64,000 nucleotides of DNA from positions 13,513-77,512 of the forward strand of contig CANQUX010000005.1 of assembly GCA_947627155.1 (NCBI GenBank). The letters are read 5' to 3'. The position numbers and the translations under genes are program-made. Origin of the DNA: an uncultured Alphaproteobacteria bacterium (GTDB lineage Bacteria; Pseudomonadota; Alphaproteobacteria; CAAHEQ01; UBA3637). A model generated the notes under the pieces. That model was given only the letters and a program-made list of their open reading frames with translations. It did no database searches and was not told where the DNA came from. Positions 7,138-17,319 of this stretch are shown here, one piece after another. Each line of letters starts with the position of its first letter. The first letter of the stretch is position 1.

Positions 7138-7145
7138 ATTTTACC

Positions 7146-7412
7146 CTACCGTTTCATGGCATACCGAATCACCGACCATAAGCCGGCAAATCCGCCGAAA
7201 ATTGTTAAGCCCGCCGTTAAAAGAGACGATGTGTTAAACAGATTTTGACACAAAACACCCAACGAAAGTCCGATTAAAACGCACCCGAACAAATTTGTAA
7301 TCATTTCAACAATGGTTTGATAGCCGTGCAAATTCGAACCCGTTTTTTGGGGTTCCTGTTGCTTTTTTTGAGCCGCAATTTTTTTTGCCAAATCATCTGT
7401 TCTTTTTGTCAT
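7146..7412 (-). CDS. atpI: AtpI-like small hydrophobic protein encoded upstream of atpB
   Basis: 88 aa with two TM helices, at the expected operon position. Confidence 0.4.
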   Translation of the reverse strand: MTKRTDDLAKKIAAQKKQQEPQKTGSNLHGYQTIVEMITNLFGCVLIGLSLGVLCQNLFNTSSLLTAGLTIFGGFAGLWSVIRYAMKR

Positions 7413-8080
7413 TTTCCCTCCAACTTTTTTTGAACGTCTCTTAAAATAATTGCCGTATCCGTGCCGACAATTCTTTCAGGAACCTGTTGATTTAAAACAA
7501 CAATGGTCGGCGTGGCGCGGACAACATATAACTCGGATAAATTGTTGCGTTGCTGCATAATTTGCTTGCGCAGCGCCTCATTGGAAACACAAGCTTCGAT
7601 GGCCTGTTCGTTTTCGGCATTAACACCGGCAAATTCCGCAATGATTTTCCGCGGTTTTTCAGCATACGCCAACTCTTTTTGATGCGTAAACATTTTTTCC
7701 ATAAAGGCTTCATAGTTTTGAGGCGGAATACACCGTGCATAAATGGCACCCGTCATAGCGCGCGAGTCATAGGGCATATCAACATAAATCAATTTTGCCT
7801 GATTGGTTGCCACAAAGTTTTTTAACAACTCCGGCCACACCTGTTGATGAAAAACCGCACAATGAGAACAACTCATTGAGGAAAAAACATAAATTGTTTT
7901 CGGATTGCTTTTATCGCCGAAAATTCTTAAATCAAACGGCTTTAAATCCGTTGCGATTAAAGAAGTCGGAACGGTATTTTCTTGTGCATTCGTTTCAACG
8001 GCGAACGCAGACTTTATTTGCAACATGCCGCAAATAACGCCCGTCAGTAAAATACCGCAAAGTGTTTTTTGAAAACGCAT
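7409..8080 (-). CDS. DsbA-like thiol:disulfide oxidoreductase (periplasmic, CSHC active site)
   Basis: Signal peptide and the thioredoxin-fold CxxC motif in FSSMSCSHCAVFH. Confidence 0.6.
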   Translation of the reverse strand: MRFQKTLCGILLTGVICGMLQIKSAFAVETNAQENTVPTSLIATDLKPFDLRIFGDKSNPKTIYVFSSMSCSHCAVFHQQVWPELLKNFVATNQAKLIYVDMPYDSRAMTGAIYARCIPPQNYEAFMEKMFTHQKELAYAEKPRKIIAEFAGVNAENEQAIEACVSNEALRKQIMQQRNNLSELYVVRATPTIVVLNQQVPERIVGTDTAIILRDVQKKLEGK

Positions 8081-8802
8081 TATCGTCTTTCGCCTAAAAA
8101 ATTTAATAAAAATTGAAACAAGTTCACAAAATCCAAATACAGAGATAACGCCCCTGTAATAACAACCGTATCTTGCACCTCCGTATTGCCGAGGGATTGA
8201 TAATAAAACGTTTTCAACCGTTGCGTATCATAAGCAACCAGACCTGCAAAAATGAAAACACCCAAAACGGATACGACAAACGAAACCATTGAGGAAGCCA
8301 AGAAAATATTCACAATCATCGCCACAATCATACCGATTAAGCCCATCACCAAAAACGAGCCGAAACCGGTTAAATCCCGCTTTGTGGCACTGCCCCAAAC
8401 ACTTAATCCCAAAAATGAAACCGCCGTAATTAAAAATGTTTGTACAACGGAAGACGGCACATAAACGGTAAAAACACTGCCCATGGATAAACCGAACAAA
8501 GCGGCAAACAACCAAAAATAAAAATTCGCTTTGGCAACATTTAAATGACCGGCCGCATTTTGAATCATAAAAATTAACACAAACGGTGCCAATAACACCA
8601 CCCACCCCAATACCGACAAACTCACTTTATCGGGTTGTACGGTATAAAGCAGGCGCACGAGCGGTTCCTGCGTGGAGGCATACGCCGTTAAGCCGGATAA
8701 AACAAGGCTGCCCGCCATATATTGATAAATTTTACCGAAAAATGCCCGCAGACCCTCCGCCGGACGTTCAACGGCTTTTGTTCGGGGTAAATTCATATTC
8801 AT
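8080..8802 (-). CDS. Bax inhibitor-1/YccA family membrane protein
   Basis: Seven TM helices and the motif AGLVAYDTQRLK. Confidence 0.6.
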   Translation of the reverse strand: MNMNLPRTKAVERPAEGLRAFFGKIYQYMAGSLVLSGLTAYASTQEPLVRLLYTVQPDKVSLSVLGWVVLLAPFVLIFMIQNAAGHLNVAKANFYFWLFAALFGLSMGSVFTVYVPSSVVQTFLITAVSFLGLSVWGSATKRDLTGFGSFLVMGLIGMIVAMIVNIFLASSMVSFVVSVLGVFIFAGLVAYDTQRLKTFYYQSLGNTEVQDTVVITGALSLYLDFVNLFQFLLNFLGERR

Positions 8803-8945
8803 TTGTTTCTCCTTTAATAAATGGTAAGTTATTATATCTCATTATACGCAAAATACAAGTTATTTTTTCATAAAAACAAAAAAATAAATGCCTTTTCGAT
8901 ATCCTTGTAAGGCTGATTTTCATAAAAATCAAGAAGAAAGCGTAT

Positions 8946-8986
8946 AAAAAACCCCGCTTTTACCGAGCGGGGCTTTTCTTTTTTGA
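8946..8986. terminator. Rho-independent terminator downstream of lpxC
   Basis: CCCCGCT..AGCGGGG stem with flanking A- and T-runs. Confidence 0.5.
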
Positions 8987-8996
8987 TATAAATCAC

Positions 8997-9950
8997 TTAT
9001 GCCGATGCTTTTCGGGACTGAAACAGAGATTCTTCATAATCATCGGCATTCACAATTTCATAAGCCGATTTATCGGCCATCAGCTTGCGTAATAAAGCAT
9101 TGGTATGCATATGCCCCGACTTAACACCGGAAAAACACCCGATAATCGGCATTCCCAATTGATATAAATCACCGATGGCATCTAACGTTTTATGCACCAC
9201 AAATTCGTTTTCGCTGCGCAAGCCTTCTTTGTTTAACACCATATCGCCTTCAACAACAACCACATTATCCAACGAACCGCCGCGACCCAATCCCATGGCG
9301 CGTAACATTTCAACCTCCTGTGCAAAACCGAACGTACGGGCATAGGCCACCGATTCTTTAAACGCTCTTTCCGTTAAAACAATGGAATATTCCTGCCGAC
9401 CGATGACCCGGGATTGTTTAAAATCAATCATAAAGTTAACCGATAAATCTTTTTCCGACGGATATAAACAAACGCCGGCGCCGTTTTTATCTTCAAACGA
9501 AACATCTTTTAAAATTTTCACGGCTTTTAACGGTGCATCTTGTTTGACAATGCCGGCACATTCGATTAATGTAACAAAATCCATTGCCGAACCGTCCATA
9601 ACGGGAACTTCCCCGCTATCCAACTCAATTAAAATATTCGTAATGCCGAAACCGGCTAATGCGGCCATTAAATGTTCAATTGTTCCCACCGTAACACCGT
9701 CTTTGTTTCCGACACACGTACACATACGCGTATCAACAACCGTTTCATATGACACCGGCACCAAATTATCTTTATCCGTTACATCAACACGCTTAAAAAC
9801 AATACCGTGTCCGACAGAAGCCGGTTTTAACGTCATGTGAACTTTTTGCCCGCCGTGCAAACCGATTCCGACGCACGGAATGGCGTTTTGTAATGTTTTT
9901 TCGCAATTTTTATAAGCGGTTAATGTTTTAATTTCAGCAATCATGCTCAA
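8997..9950 (-). CDS. lpxC: UDP-3-O-acyl-N-acetylglucosamine deacetylase
   Basis: N-terminal GIGLHGGQKV...GIVFKRVD and C-terminal HTNALLRKL motifs. Confidence 0.9.
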   Translation of the reverse strand: MSMIAEIKTLTAYKNCEKTLQNAIPCVGIGLHGGQKVHMTLKPASVGHGIVFKRVDVTDKDNLVPVSYETVVDTRMCTCVGNKDGVTVGTIEHLMAALAGFGITNILIELDSGEVPVMDGSAMDFVTLIECAGIVKQDAPLKAVKILKDVSFEDKNGAGVCLYPSEKDLSVNFMIDFKQSRVIGRQEYSIVLTERAFKESVAYARTFGFAQEVEMLRAMGLGRGGSLDNVVVVEGDMVLNKEGLRSENEFVVHKTLDAIGDLYQLGMPIIGCFSGVKSGHMHTNALLRKLMADKSAYEIVNADDYEESLFQSRKASA

Positions 9951-10129
9951 CTCCTTGTTTATCAGATTTGTTCACAGATTACTGCCGTTTTCGTTTTTTG
10001 GCAAATCAAAACTTATTTCAAAATATTTCAAAAACAATTTTCATTTTTTTTCGTTTTCTATCAATATATTCGTATGTGTTTTTCAAAATAAACTTGACTT
10101 ATGGCAAAAAATATTAGAGAGTAGAACCT

Positions 10130-11605
10130 ATGAGTTTAATAAACAGAATTCGTAAAGCATCACAACAAACAAAGATTTTTCGGTATAAAACATACAAAAA
10201 AATCGGCTGTGTCGGATATCGCAAAAAAGTTGATCGGATAATTATGAGCCTGATGGTTTTTTTGCTGATTGTCGGTGCTTTTTTCATTATTAAAAGAGAT
10301 ACGTCAACGGTTGATTCTTTAAATTGTGCACCCGACTGCCCGATTGAACCCGTTATTAACGAAGAGGCACAAGAGGTTGTACATTCCGATTTGGGAGATG
10401 AACCCGTTATTGAGGAAGAAAATTCCGAATTAACCCTCAATGATCTGGAAAATCGCGTTCGGCAAAATACTGCCAAAGTGAAAACACTTTCTTTAAATAA
10501 AAATGAATCGTTTGCCGCTCTTTTAGCGCGGGCTAATTTGGCAAAACCCAATCAAACGGGGGTTTTGGAAACAATGAATAATTTGATGGACGTTAAAACG
10601 CTTAAAAAGGGTACAACGGTTATTTTCTTCTTTGATAAAAAAAACGATTCGTTTTTAGGCTTATCCGTCGGACTTGATCATCAGGAATTTATTGCCGTCA
10701 TTAAAAATGAAAACGGCGAATTTAACGCTTCTTATCAAGAAGGCGCGCCCGAAACTCAAAATAAACGAATTACCGGTAAAATCGAACGGACGTTCAGCGG
10801 TTCGGCACAAAAATACGGCGTTCCGAAACAGGTTGTCGATCAATTGCTGAACGCGTTAGGATCGGAAATTAATTTAAGAAACGGCGTTCGCAAAGGCGAT
10901 AAATTCGAAATTATTTATTCTCAAAAAATAACGCCCGGCGGTTTGGAATTGGATTCCGGTCGACAGGCGCTTTATCTCGGTATTAAAATGGGCAAACAAG
11001 AACATCATCGCTATTTATATACCGATAAATCCGGTACACCCGCTTTTTATAATCCTTTCGGACAACGCGGCCAACGCACACTGGAAAAACGACCCGTCAA
11101 AGCCGTTCCGCGCCTATCTTCACCGTTCGGCTGGCGCATTCATCCCGTTTTAATGTATCGCATTTTTCACAGCGGTGTTGATTTGGCCTGTCCGCGCGGC
11201 ACGCCCGTTTATGCCGGCGGTGACGGCACTATTGTTCATTTGGGACGCAAAGGTGCTTACGGTAAATACATTAAAATCAGGCACGCACCCGGGCTTGAAA
11301 CGGCTTACGGGCATTTAAACGGCTATAAAGCCGGCTTAAAAGCCGGATCTCGCGTAAAACAAGGCGATATTATTGCTTATGTGGGTTCAACCGGTCGGGC
11401 AACCGGTCCGCATTTGCATTATGAAGTGTGGAAAAACGGTAAAACAACCAATCCGTTTAATACGCATGTTCTTTCGGGCAAACAATTGACGGGTTTTGAA
11501 TTGGAGCAGTTTCAATCTTTTGCCGAAAGTATCAATCCCGACTTTCAAAAACATTTATTCGGAAAATTTCCGCCCATTCCGCCCATGCGACCGAAAAACA
11601 TTTAA
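10130..11605 (+). CDS. M23 family (LytM-domain) metallopeptidase; precise start codon uncertain
   Basis: C-terminal HSGVDLA...GTPVYA...YGHL...GSTGRATGPHLHYEV. Confidence 0.8.
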   Translation: MSLINRIRKASQQTKIFRYKTYKKIGCVGYRKKVDRIIMSLMVFLLIVGAFFIIKRDTSTVDSLNCAPDCPIEPVINEEAQEVVHSDLGDEPVIEEENSELTLNDLENRVRQNTAKVKTLSLNKNESFAALLARANLAKPNQTGVLETMNNLMDVKTLKKGTTVIFFFDKKNDSFLGLSVGLDHQEFIAVIKNENGEFNASYQEGAPETQNKRITGKIERTFSGSAQKYGVPKQVVDQLLNALGSEINLRNGVRKGDKFEIIYSQKITPGGLELDSGRQALYLGIKMGKQEHHRYLYTDKSGTPAFYNPFGQRGQRTLEKRPVKAVPRLSSPFGWRIHPVLMYRIFHSGVDLACPRGTPVYAGGDGTIVHLGRKGAYGKYIKIRHAPGLETAYGHLNGYKAGLKAGSRVKQGDIIAYVGSTGRATGPHLHYEVWKNGKTTNPFNTHVLSGKQLTGFELEQFQSFAESINPDFQKHLFGKFPPIPPMRPKNI

Positions 11606-12031
11606 TTATTCATTCGTTTCGTCGGGTTCGGAAATCGGTTTTTCCAAATCGGCTTTCACACGCGGCGTATTTAACAATTGTTCAATATATTGAGAAGATT
11701 CAAATCCCGAATCGGATTTAAAAACAATTTCCGGTACAATCCGCAACCGAATTCGTTTGCCGATTTCATATCGAAACGCCCCTTTATGTTTATTCAACAA
11801 CATAATTTGTTCATCGGTATCAACGGCACCGATACCTTGAATATAAATCACGGCAAAAGACAAATCCGGCGAAACGGAAACTTCCGTAACCATAATATAA
11901 GAGGATTTTAAACCGGTAATAAATAAATTATCCGCCATCAGCATTTTGCCGATGACATGTCGGATTTCTTCCCCGACGCGCAACTGCCGTTGGGACGGTT
12001 CTTTTGTCTGCCCTTTTTGAACGTGTGTCAT
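11606..12031 (-). CDS. rbfA: Ribosome-binding factor A
   Basis: Lies downstream of infB; RbfA-like sequence LRVGEEIRHVIGKML. Confidence 0.8.
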   Translation of the reverse strand: MTHVQKGQTKEPSQRQLRVGEEIRHVIGKMLMADNLFITGLKSSYIMVTEVSVSPDLSFAVIYIQGIGAVDTDEQIMLLNKHKGAFRYEIGKRIRLRIVPEIVFKSDSGFESSQYIEQLLNTPRVKADLEKPISEPDETNE

Positions 12032-12041
12032 TTTTTATCCT

Positions 12042-14489
12042 TTATGCTTCTTCAAAATTTAATTTAACGGCAATTTGCTCCATTTCAAAACACTCAATGA
12101 TATCATCAACCTTAATATCATCATAATTATCAAAGTTAATACCGCAATCAAAGCCTTCTTTCACTTCTTTCGTATCATCTTTTTGCCGTCTTAATTGATC
12201 AATGGCACCGGTATAAATAACCACACCGTCACGCAACAGGCGTGCCTTGGCTCCCCGACGAATAACACCCTCCTTCACCATACATCCGGCAATGTTGCCG
12301 ACTTTGGAAATATGGAAAACCTGTCGAATTTCGGCATAACCCAAAATCTTTTCACGCAACTCGGGCTCCAACAATCCTTCAACGGCGCGTTTCATATCAT
12401 CGGCCACATCATACACAATAGAATAATATCGAATATCCACACCGTCTCTCTTGGCCATTTCCCGTGCACCCGGATTGGCGCGAACGTTAAATCCGATAAC
12501 AATGGCTTTTGACGCCCGTGCCAAAGCAATATCCGATTCGTTAATGGCACCGACGGCACTATGCAACACATGCACCTTCACTTCATTGTTGGCAATTTTG
12601 GATAAAATACCGTTCAGCGCCTCAACCGAACCTTGCACATCGCCTTTAATCAAAACGGGCAACTCTTTAATTTCGCCGGCCTTAATTTTAGCCAACAAAT
12701 GCTCCGCCGTGCTGATGGTTTTTACCTGCAACGTTTCCCGCGCTTTTCTTTGACGATAGGCCGATATTTCCCGCGCCCGATTTTCCGAATCGACCACAAT
12801 AAAATCATCGCCGGCAGCCGGTGTACCCTGCAAACCGATAACTTCCACCGGTTCGGACGGTAAAGCTTTATTCACACGTTGCCCTTTATCGTTAAACAAC
12901 GAGCGCACACGCCCCCATTCCTGCCCCGAAACAAAAATATCGCCGACGGATAACGTTCCTTTTTGAATTAAAACCGTTGCAACCGATCCGCGCCCTTTAT
13001 CCATACGCGCTTCAACGACAACCCCCTCCGCCGTTCTGTCCGGATCGGCTTTCAGCCCCAAAATTTCCGCCTGTAATAAAATGGTTTCAATCAATTTATC
13101 TAAATTTAAGCGCTTTTTGGCAGAAACTTCAACATCTAACACATCACCGCCCATTGATTCGACAACCACCTCATGTTGCAACAAATCGGTTCGCACTTTT
13201 TGCGGATTCGCACCCGGCACATCAATTTTATTGATGGCAACCACAATCGGCACACCGGCCGCTTTGGCATGATGAATCGCCTCAATGGTTTGCGGCATAA
13301 CACTGTCGTTTGCCGCCACGACCAACACAACCAAATCGGTCACCTTGGCACCGCGCGCCCGCATAGCCGTAAAGGCGGCATGTCCCGGTGTATCAATAAA
13401 AGTCACCTTTTGATTATCGGGCAACGTCACCTGATAAGCACCGATGTGTTGCGTAATTCCGCCCGATTCGCCTTCGGCAACGTGCGCCGAACGCAAGGCA
13501 TCCAACAAAGAGGTTTTACCGTGATCAACGTGTCCCATAACGGTTACAACCGGCGGCCGCGGCACCATGTGTTCGGGATTATCTTCTTCTTTTTTCAAAA
13601 TATCTTCCACATCGGATTCGGCCACCCGTTTAAACTTATGTCCCAGTTCCGACACCACCAATTCCGCCGTATCGGCATCGATGGTTTGCGTGATGGTAAC
13701 CATCATACCGAGTTTCATTAAAATTTTAACGACCGTTGCACCCTTTTCACTCATACGGTTTGCTAATTCCTGCACCGTAATGGTTTCGGGAATAATCACT
13801 TCGCGCACGATTTTTTCGGCAGATTTCAATTGCTCCTGATGCTTTAAACGCTCTTTTTCGTGCGCCCGCCGAATGGAGGCTAATGACCGCCGTTGATGCG
13901 GTACGCCGTCATTATCGTCATCATCATCGCCGTCGGATATGCGAATGTTCCGATAAGCATTCATATTCATTTTGCTGTTGCGTTTTTCTTCATAAGAGCT
14001 GCGGGTGTTTCTGCCCATTTTGCTCTCATCGTTCAGCTCACGCTCTTTTTTGCGGGAAAATGAAGAAGAATCGTCCGAAAAGTTTTTACGCTCTTCCCGC
14101 GTATTTTCTTTCGGTGTATTGACAACCGAAACTTCTTCTGCTGCCGCCGCTGCTGCCTTTTCCTCAGCCGCTTTGGCGGCGGCTTCTTTTGCTTCGGCTT
14201 CTTTTTTCTTTTGTTCCTCCAACTCTTGTTGTTTGGCTATTGCAGCGGCTTTTTCCAATTCCCGTTGTTTGGCTTCCTGAATTAAACGCAATTTTTGAGC
14301 GGCATCTTCCGATAAACTGCCGACGGGTGATTCCGGCGTTATAACTCTTTTTTTACGCACCTCCACCTGTACAATATTTGTTTTACCGGCCCCCATATTT
14401 TGCCGAACCCGTCCGGTTAAGGAAAGGGTTGATTTTTTCAACTCCAAGGTTTTTCCTGTTAAGGTAAGCGGTTTCTTTTCTTCCGTCAT
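12042..14489 (-). CDS. infB: Translation initiation factor IF-2
   Basis: GTPase motifs [12 protein letters not shown] and DTPGH, with a long charged N-terminal region. Confidence 0.95.
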   Translation of the reverse strand: MTEEKKPLTLTGKTLELKKSTLSLTGRVRQNMGAGKTNIVQVEVRKKRVITPESPVGSLSEDAAQKLRLIQEAKQRELEKAAAIAKQQELEEQKKKEAEAKEAAAKAAEEKAAAAAAEEVSVVNTPKENTREERKNFSDDSSSFSRKKERELNDESKMGRNTRSSYEEKRNSKMNMNAYRNIRISDGDDDDDNDGVPHQRRSLASIRRAHEKERLKHQEQLKSAEKIVREVIIPETITVQELANRMSEKGATVVKILMKLGMMVTITQTIDADTAELVVSELGHKFKRVAESDVEDILKKEEDNPEHMVPRPPVVTVMGHVDHGKTSLLDALRSAHVAEGESGGITQHIGAYQVTLPDNQKVTFIDTPGHAAFTAMRARGAKVTDLVVLVVAANDSVMPQTIEAIHHAKAAGVPIVVAINKIDVPGANPQKVRTDLLQHEVVVESMGGDVLDVEVSAKKRLNLDKLIETILLQAEILGLKADPDRTAEGVVVEARMDKGRGSVATVLIQKGTLSVGDIFVSGQEWGRVRSLFNDKGQRVNKALPSEPVEVIGLQGTPAAGDDFIVVDSENRAREISAYRQRKARETLQVKTISTAEHLLAKIKAGEIKELPVLIKGDVQGSVEALNGILSKIANNEVKVHVLHSAVGAINESDIALARASKAIVIGFNVRANPGAREMAKRDGVDIRYYSIVYDVADDMKRAVEGLLEPELREKILGYAEIRQVFHISKVGNIAGCMVKEGVIRRGAKARLLRDGVVIYTGAIDQLRRQKDDTKEVKEGFDCGINFDNYDDIKVDDIIECFEMEQIAVKLNFEEA

Positions 14490-14504
14490 CGTTTATCCTT
14501 TCGT

Positions 14505-15107
14505 TCAATCCTGTGTATAAAGGGTTATTTTTGTTGCTGTCTGCTTTAATTTTTCTGCTAACTTGCTTTCTGTCACCCAAACGTGTACCTGTTCTGCCTG
14601 CCCCGTGATTTGTCCCAACTCTTCCCGAGATAAAAAAGAAAAAACGGGAAAAGAATCCGTCGGTCGAAACAATTTATTTTTACCGTTTTCGGCAGCATCA
14701 CTTGCTTCAAAAGCAACACCCGTTTCACCCGAGGCCAACCTTTTTTTCACGTTTTCAAACCCGAAGACAAGCAAACCGGCTTTTCGAGCCATTCCTAATA
14801 AAGACAAACAATAGTCTTTCAACGCCGTTTCAACGCTTTCAATAAATGCTTCATTTATTTTCACGCTGCCGCCGGCGGCTTTATTGAATATATGTTTTGA
14901 CACGGCCGTTTGCAAAACAGCTTTATCGGCTTTAATCCACAAACCGGCACCGGGCAAACGTTCGGCAACGTCAAAAACAACCGTACCGACGGGAGAAATA
15001 ACAAAACGCAGCATTTCTTCCCGCGGTAACGATTCTCTTGTCACCAAACAAACTTTGAAGCCGTTTTCGGCTGCCCGTTTTCGCATCTGTCTATTTTTCG
15101 TTTGCAA
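14505..15107 (-). CDS. YlxR/DUF448-type RNA-binding protein fused to an L7Ae-like domain
   Basis: Positioned between nusA and infB; motif CLVTRESLPREEMLRFV. Confidence 0.6.
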   Translation of the reverse strand: MQTKNRQMRKRAAENGFKVCLVTRESLPREEMLRFVISPVGTVVFDVAERLPGAGLWIKADKAVLQTAVSKHIFNKAAGGSVKINEAFIESVETALKDYCLSLLGMARKAGLLVFGFENVKKRLASGETGVAFEASDAAENGKNKLFRPTDSFPVFSFLSREELGQITGQAEQVHVWVTESKLAEKLKQTATKITLYTQD

Positions 15108-16599
15108 ACCAGTGTTCCCGTGCTTTCATAATTAACGTATTGGCTTCTTCCAATGAAATCATTTCATTGCCCAACAGTTCAACCAACTCATCACCGGCCA
15201 AATCAGCCAAATCATCAAGCGTTTTAATGCCTTTGTTCCCCAACTTGACCAATTTATCCAAAGATAAGCCGTCAAAATGACGTAAATCATCTTTAATCTT
15301 TAATTCGGCAATTTCTTTTTCCAAATTATCCTGACGAACAATCAGATAAGCCTTGGCGCGATTTTGTAATTCTTCCGCCAATGCTTCGTCAAAACCTTCA
15401 ATATCGGCCAATTCCGCTAATGAAATATAGGCAATGTCTTCCACTTTGGAAAAACCCTCTTGAATAAGTAAATGCGCCATCATTTCATCGATATCCAATG
15501 CCTGCATAAACAAATCGACGCGTTCTTTCGTTTCATTCATCCGGTGTTCCGATTCCTGCGCCTCGGTCATCATATCAATATGCCAACCGGTTAATTGACT
15601 GATGAGCTTAATGTTTTGTCCTCTGCGACCGATAGCCATAGACAATTGTTCATCGCTTAAAACAATTTCCACGTTTTTGGATTCTTCATCAATCACAATT
15701 TTCAACACTTCGTTCGGCGCCAACGCATTCACGATAAAGGTTGCCGGATCGGAAGACCATTGAACAACATCAATTTTTTCGCCTTGCAATTCCTGCACGA
15801 TAGCTTGAACCCGCACACCGCGCATACCGATACAAGCACCGCGCGCATCTAATGTGTTATCTTTAGACCAAACGGCAATTTTCGCCCGCGAACCGGGATC
15901 CCGGGCAACAGATTTAATTTCAATGGTACCGTCATAAATTTCCGGCACCTCCGCCGTAAACAATTGCGCCAAAAATTGCGGATGCGAACGCGATAAAAAC
16001 ACTTGCGGCCCTTTAATTTCCGGACGCACATCCAACACATATGCCCGTAATCTGTCACCGATACGATACGTTTCGCGCGGAATGAGTTCATCTCGCCGCA
16101 ACAATGCTTCCACACGGCCGATTTCCAAAATTAAGTTACCGCCTTCAACGCGTTTCACAATTCCGTTCACGATTTCGCCTTTTTTGTTTTTCATTTCGTT
16201 ATATTGACGCAACCGTTCGGCTTCCCGCACTTTTTGGGTAATAACCTGTTTGGCTGTTTGTGCCGCAATACGTCCGAAATCCATCGGCGGCAAAATATCA
16301 ACAATTTCATCACCGAGCTTTAAATTTTTATCTTTTTTCCGGGCATCGGCCAAAGAAATTTGCGTAAATTCATCTTCAACCGTTTCCGTTACCGTTAAAT
16401 ACCGAGCCATTTTAATGGCGCCGGTGTTGGGATCGATTTGAGTGCGAATATCATAATCCGGCCCGTATTTTGACCGTCCCGCTTTTGAAATACCTTGTTC
16501 CATTGCTTCCAAAACATCGGCTTTGGTAATGTCTTTTTCACGCGCCAAAGCGTCTGCCATTTGAATAAGTTCCGGTCTGGGAAGAGTTGCTACTTGCAT
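15091..16599 (-). CDS. nusA: Transcription termination/antitermination factor NusA
   Basis: S1 and KH domains plus a C-terminal acidic repeat; conserved operon context. Confidence 0.95.
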   Translation of the reverse strand: MQVATLPRPELIQMADALAREKDITKADVLEAMEQGISKAGRSKYGPDYDIRTQIDPNTGAIKMARYLTVTETVEDEFTQISLADARKKDKNLKLGDEIVDILPPMDFGRIAAQTAKQVITQKVREAERLRQYNEMKNKKGEIVNGIVKRVEGGNLILEIGRVEALLRRDELIPRETYRIGDRLRAYVLDVRPEIKGPQVFLSRSHPQFLAQLFTAEVPEIYDGTIEIKSVARDPGSRAKIAVWSKDNTLDARGACIGMRGVRVQAIVQELQGEKIDVVQWSSDPATFIVNALAPNEVLKIVIDEESKNVEIVLSDEQLSMAIGRRGQNIKLISQLTGWHIDMMTEAQESEHRMNETKERVDLFMQALDIDEMMAHLLIQEGFSKVEDIAYISLAELADIEGFDEALAEELQNRAKAYLIVRQDNLEKEIAELKIKDDLRHFDGLSLDKLVKLGNKGIKTLDDLADLAGDELVELLGNEMISLEEANTLIMKAREHWFANEK

Positions 16600-16617
16600 A
16601 ATGTTTTCCTTTCTTTA

Positions 16618-17115
16618 TTAATGATTTTTTTTAGAATGTTGTTTAGAAGTGCCGACATCAGCCGTCAGCAGTTTTGCTTTTGCGATATTTGAAAAATCAA
16701 TCACCATTTCCGATTCTTCAAACGCAAACGTTAAACGCATTTGAGTCATATCAAAAGCCGTAATTCGACCTTTAAATCTTTTACGACCGTTTATTTCCGA
16801 TACCGTTTCAATTTTGGCATTTGATCCTTGAAACCGCACATAATCGGCCGGCTTTACTAACGGACGATCAATACCGGGGGAAGAAACCTCCAACATATAT
16901 TTTCCGGGAAAAGGATCGGCAACATCAAGCAATGCCGATACCGTTCGACTGACTTTTTCACAATCACTTAACGTCATGCTTTTTCGATCCGCGCGCTCTG
17001 CCATAATTTGAACGGTTTTCACATCACCGCCTTGCAGAACAATTCTCACAATTTCATAGCCGAGTGCCGTTAAAGACGGTGCTAACTGTTCTTCTAATTC
17101 GGTACACAATTCCAT
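16618..17115 (-). CDS. rimP: Ribosome maturation factor RimP
   Basis: Begins MELCTELEEQLAPSLTALGYEIV. The tracked ORF extends further upstream, but the ATG at 17115 matches RimP. Confidence 0.8.
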   Translation of the reverse strand: MELCTELEEQLAPSLTALGYEIVRIVLQGGDVKTVQIMAERADRKSMTLSDCEKVSRTVSALLDVADPFPGKYMLEVSSPGIDRPLVKPADYVRFQGSNAKIETVSEINGRKRFKGRITAFDMTQMRLTFAFEESEMVIDFSNIAKAKLLTADVGTSKQHSKKNH

Positions 17116-17319
17116 TTTCTTTCCTTTTTCTATCAAAAAAGGCGAGCTTTTCAGCTCACCCCCACTATAAATTATATTGAAGATTAATGTTATTATGCAC
17201 AAAATTTTAAAAAAGACAAGCTTTTTTTTCAAAAAAACAAAAAAAAATGAAAAAAGGTTGCAAAATTTAAAAAATTATGCCAAAACATAAAGAAAGAACA
17301 AAGTGAGAGAGGGACAATT

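Noticed and set aside
12195-14280. Multiple plus-strand ORFs (63-182 aa) opposite infB
   Set aside because: They are antisense frames within a highly conserved gene, with no RBS or motifs.
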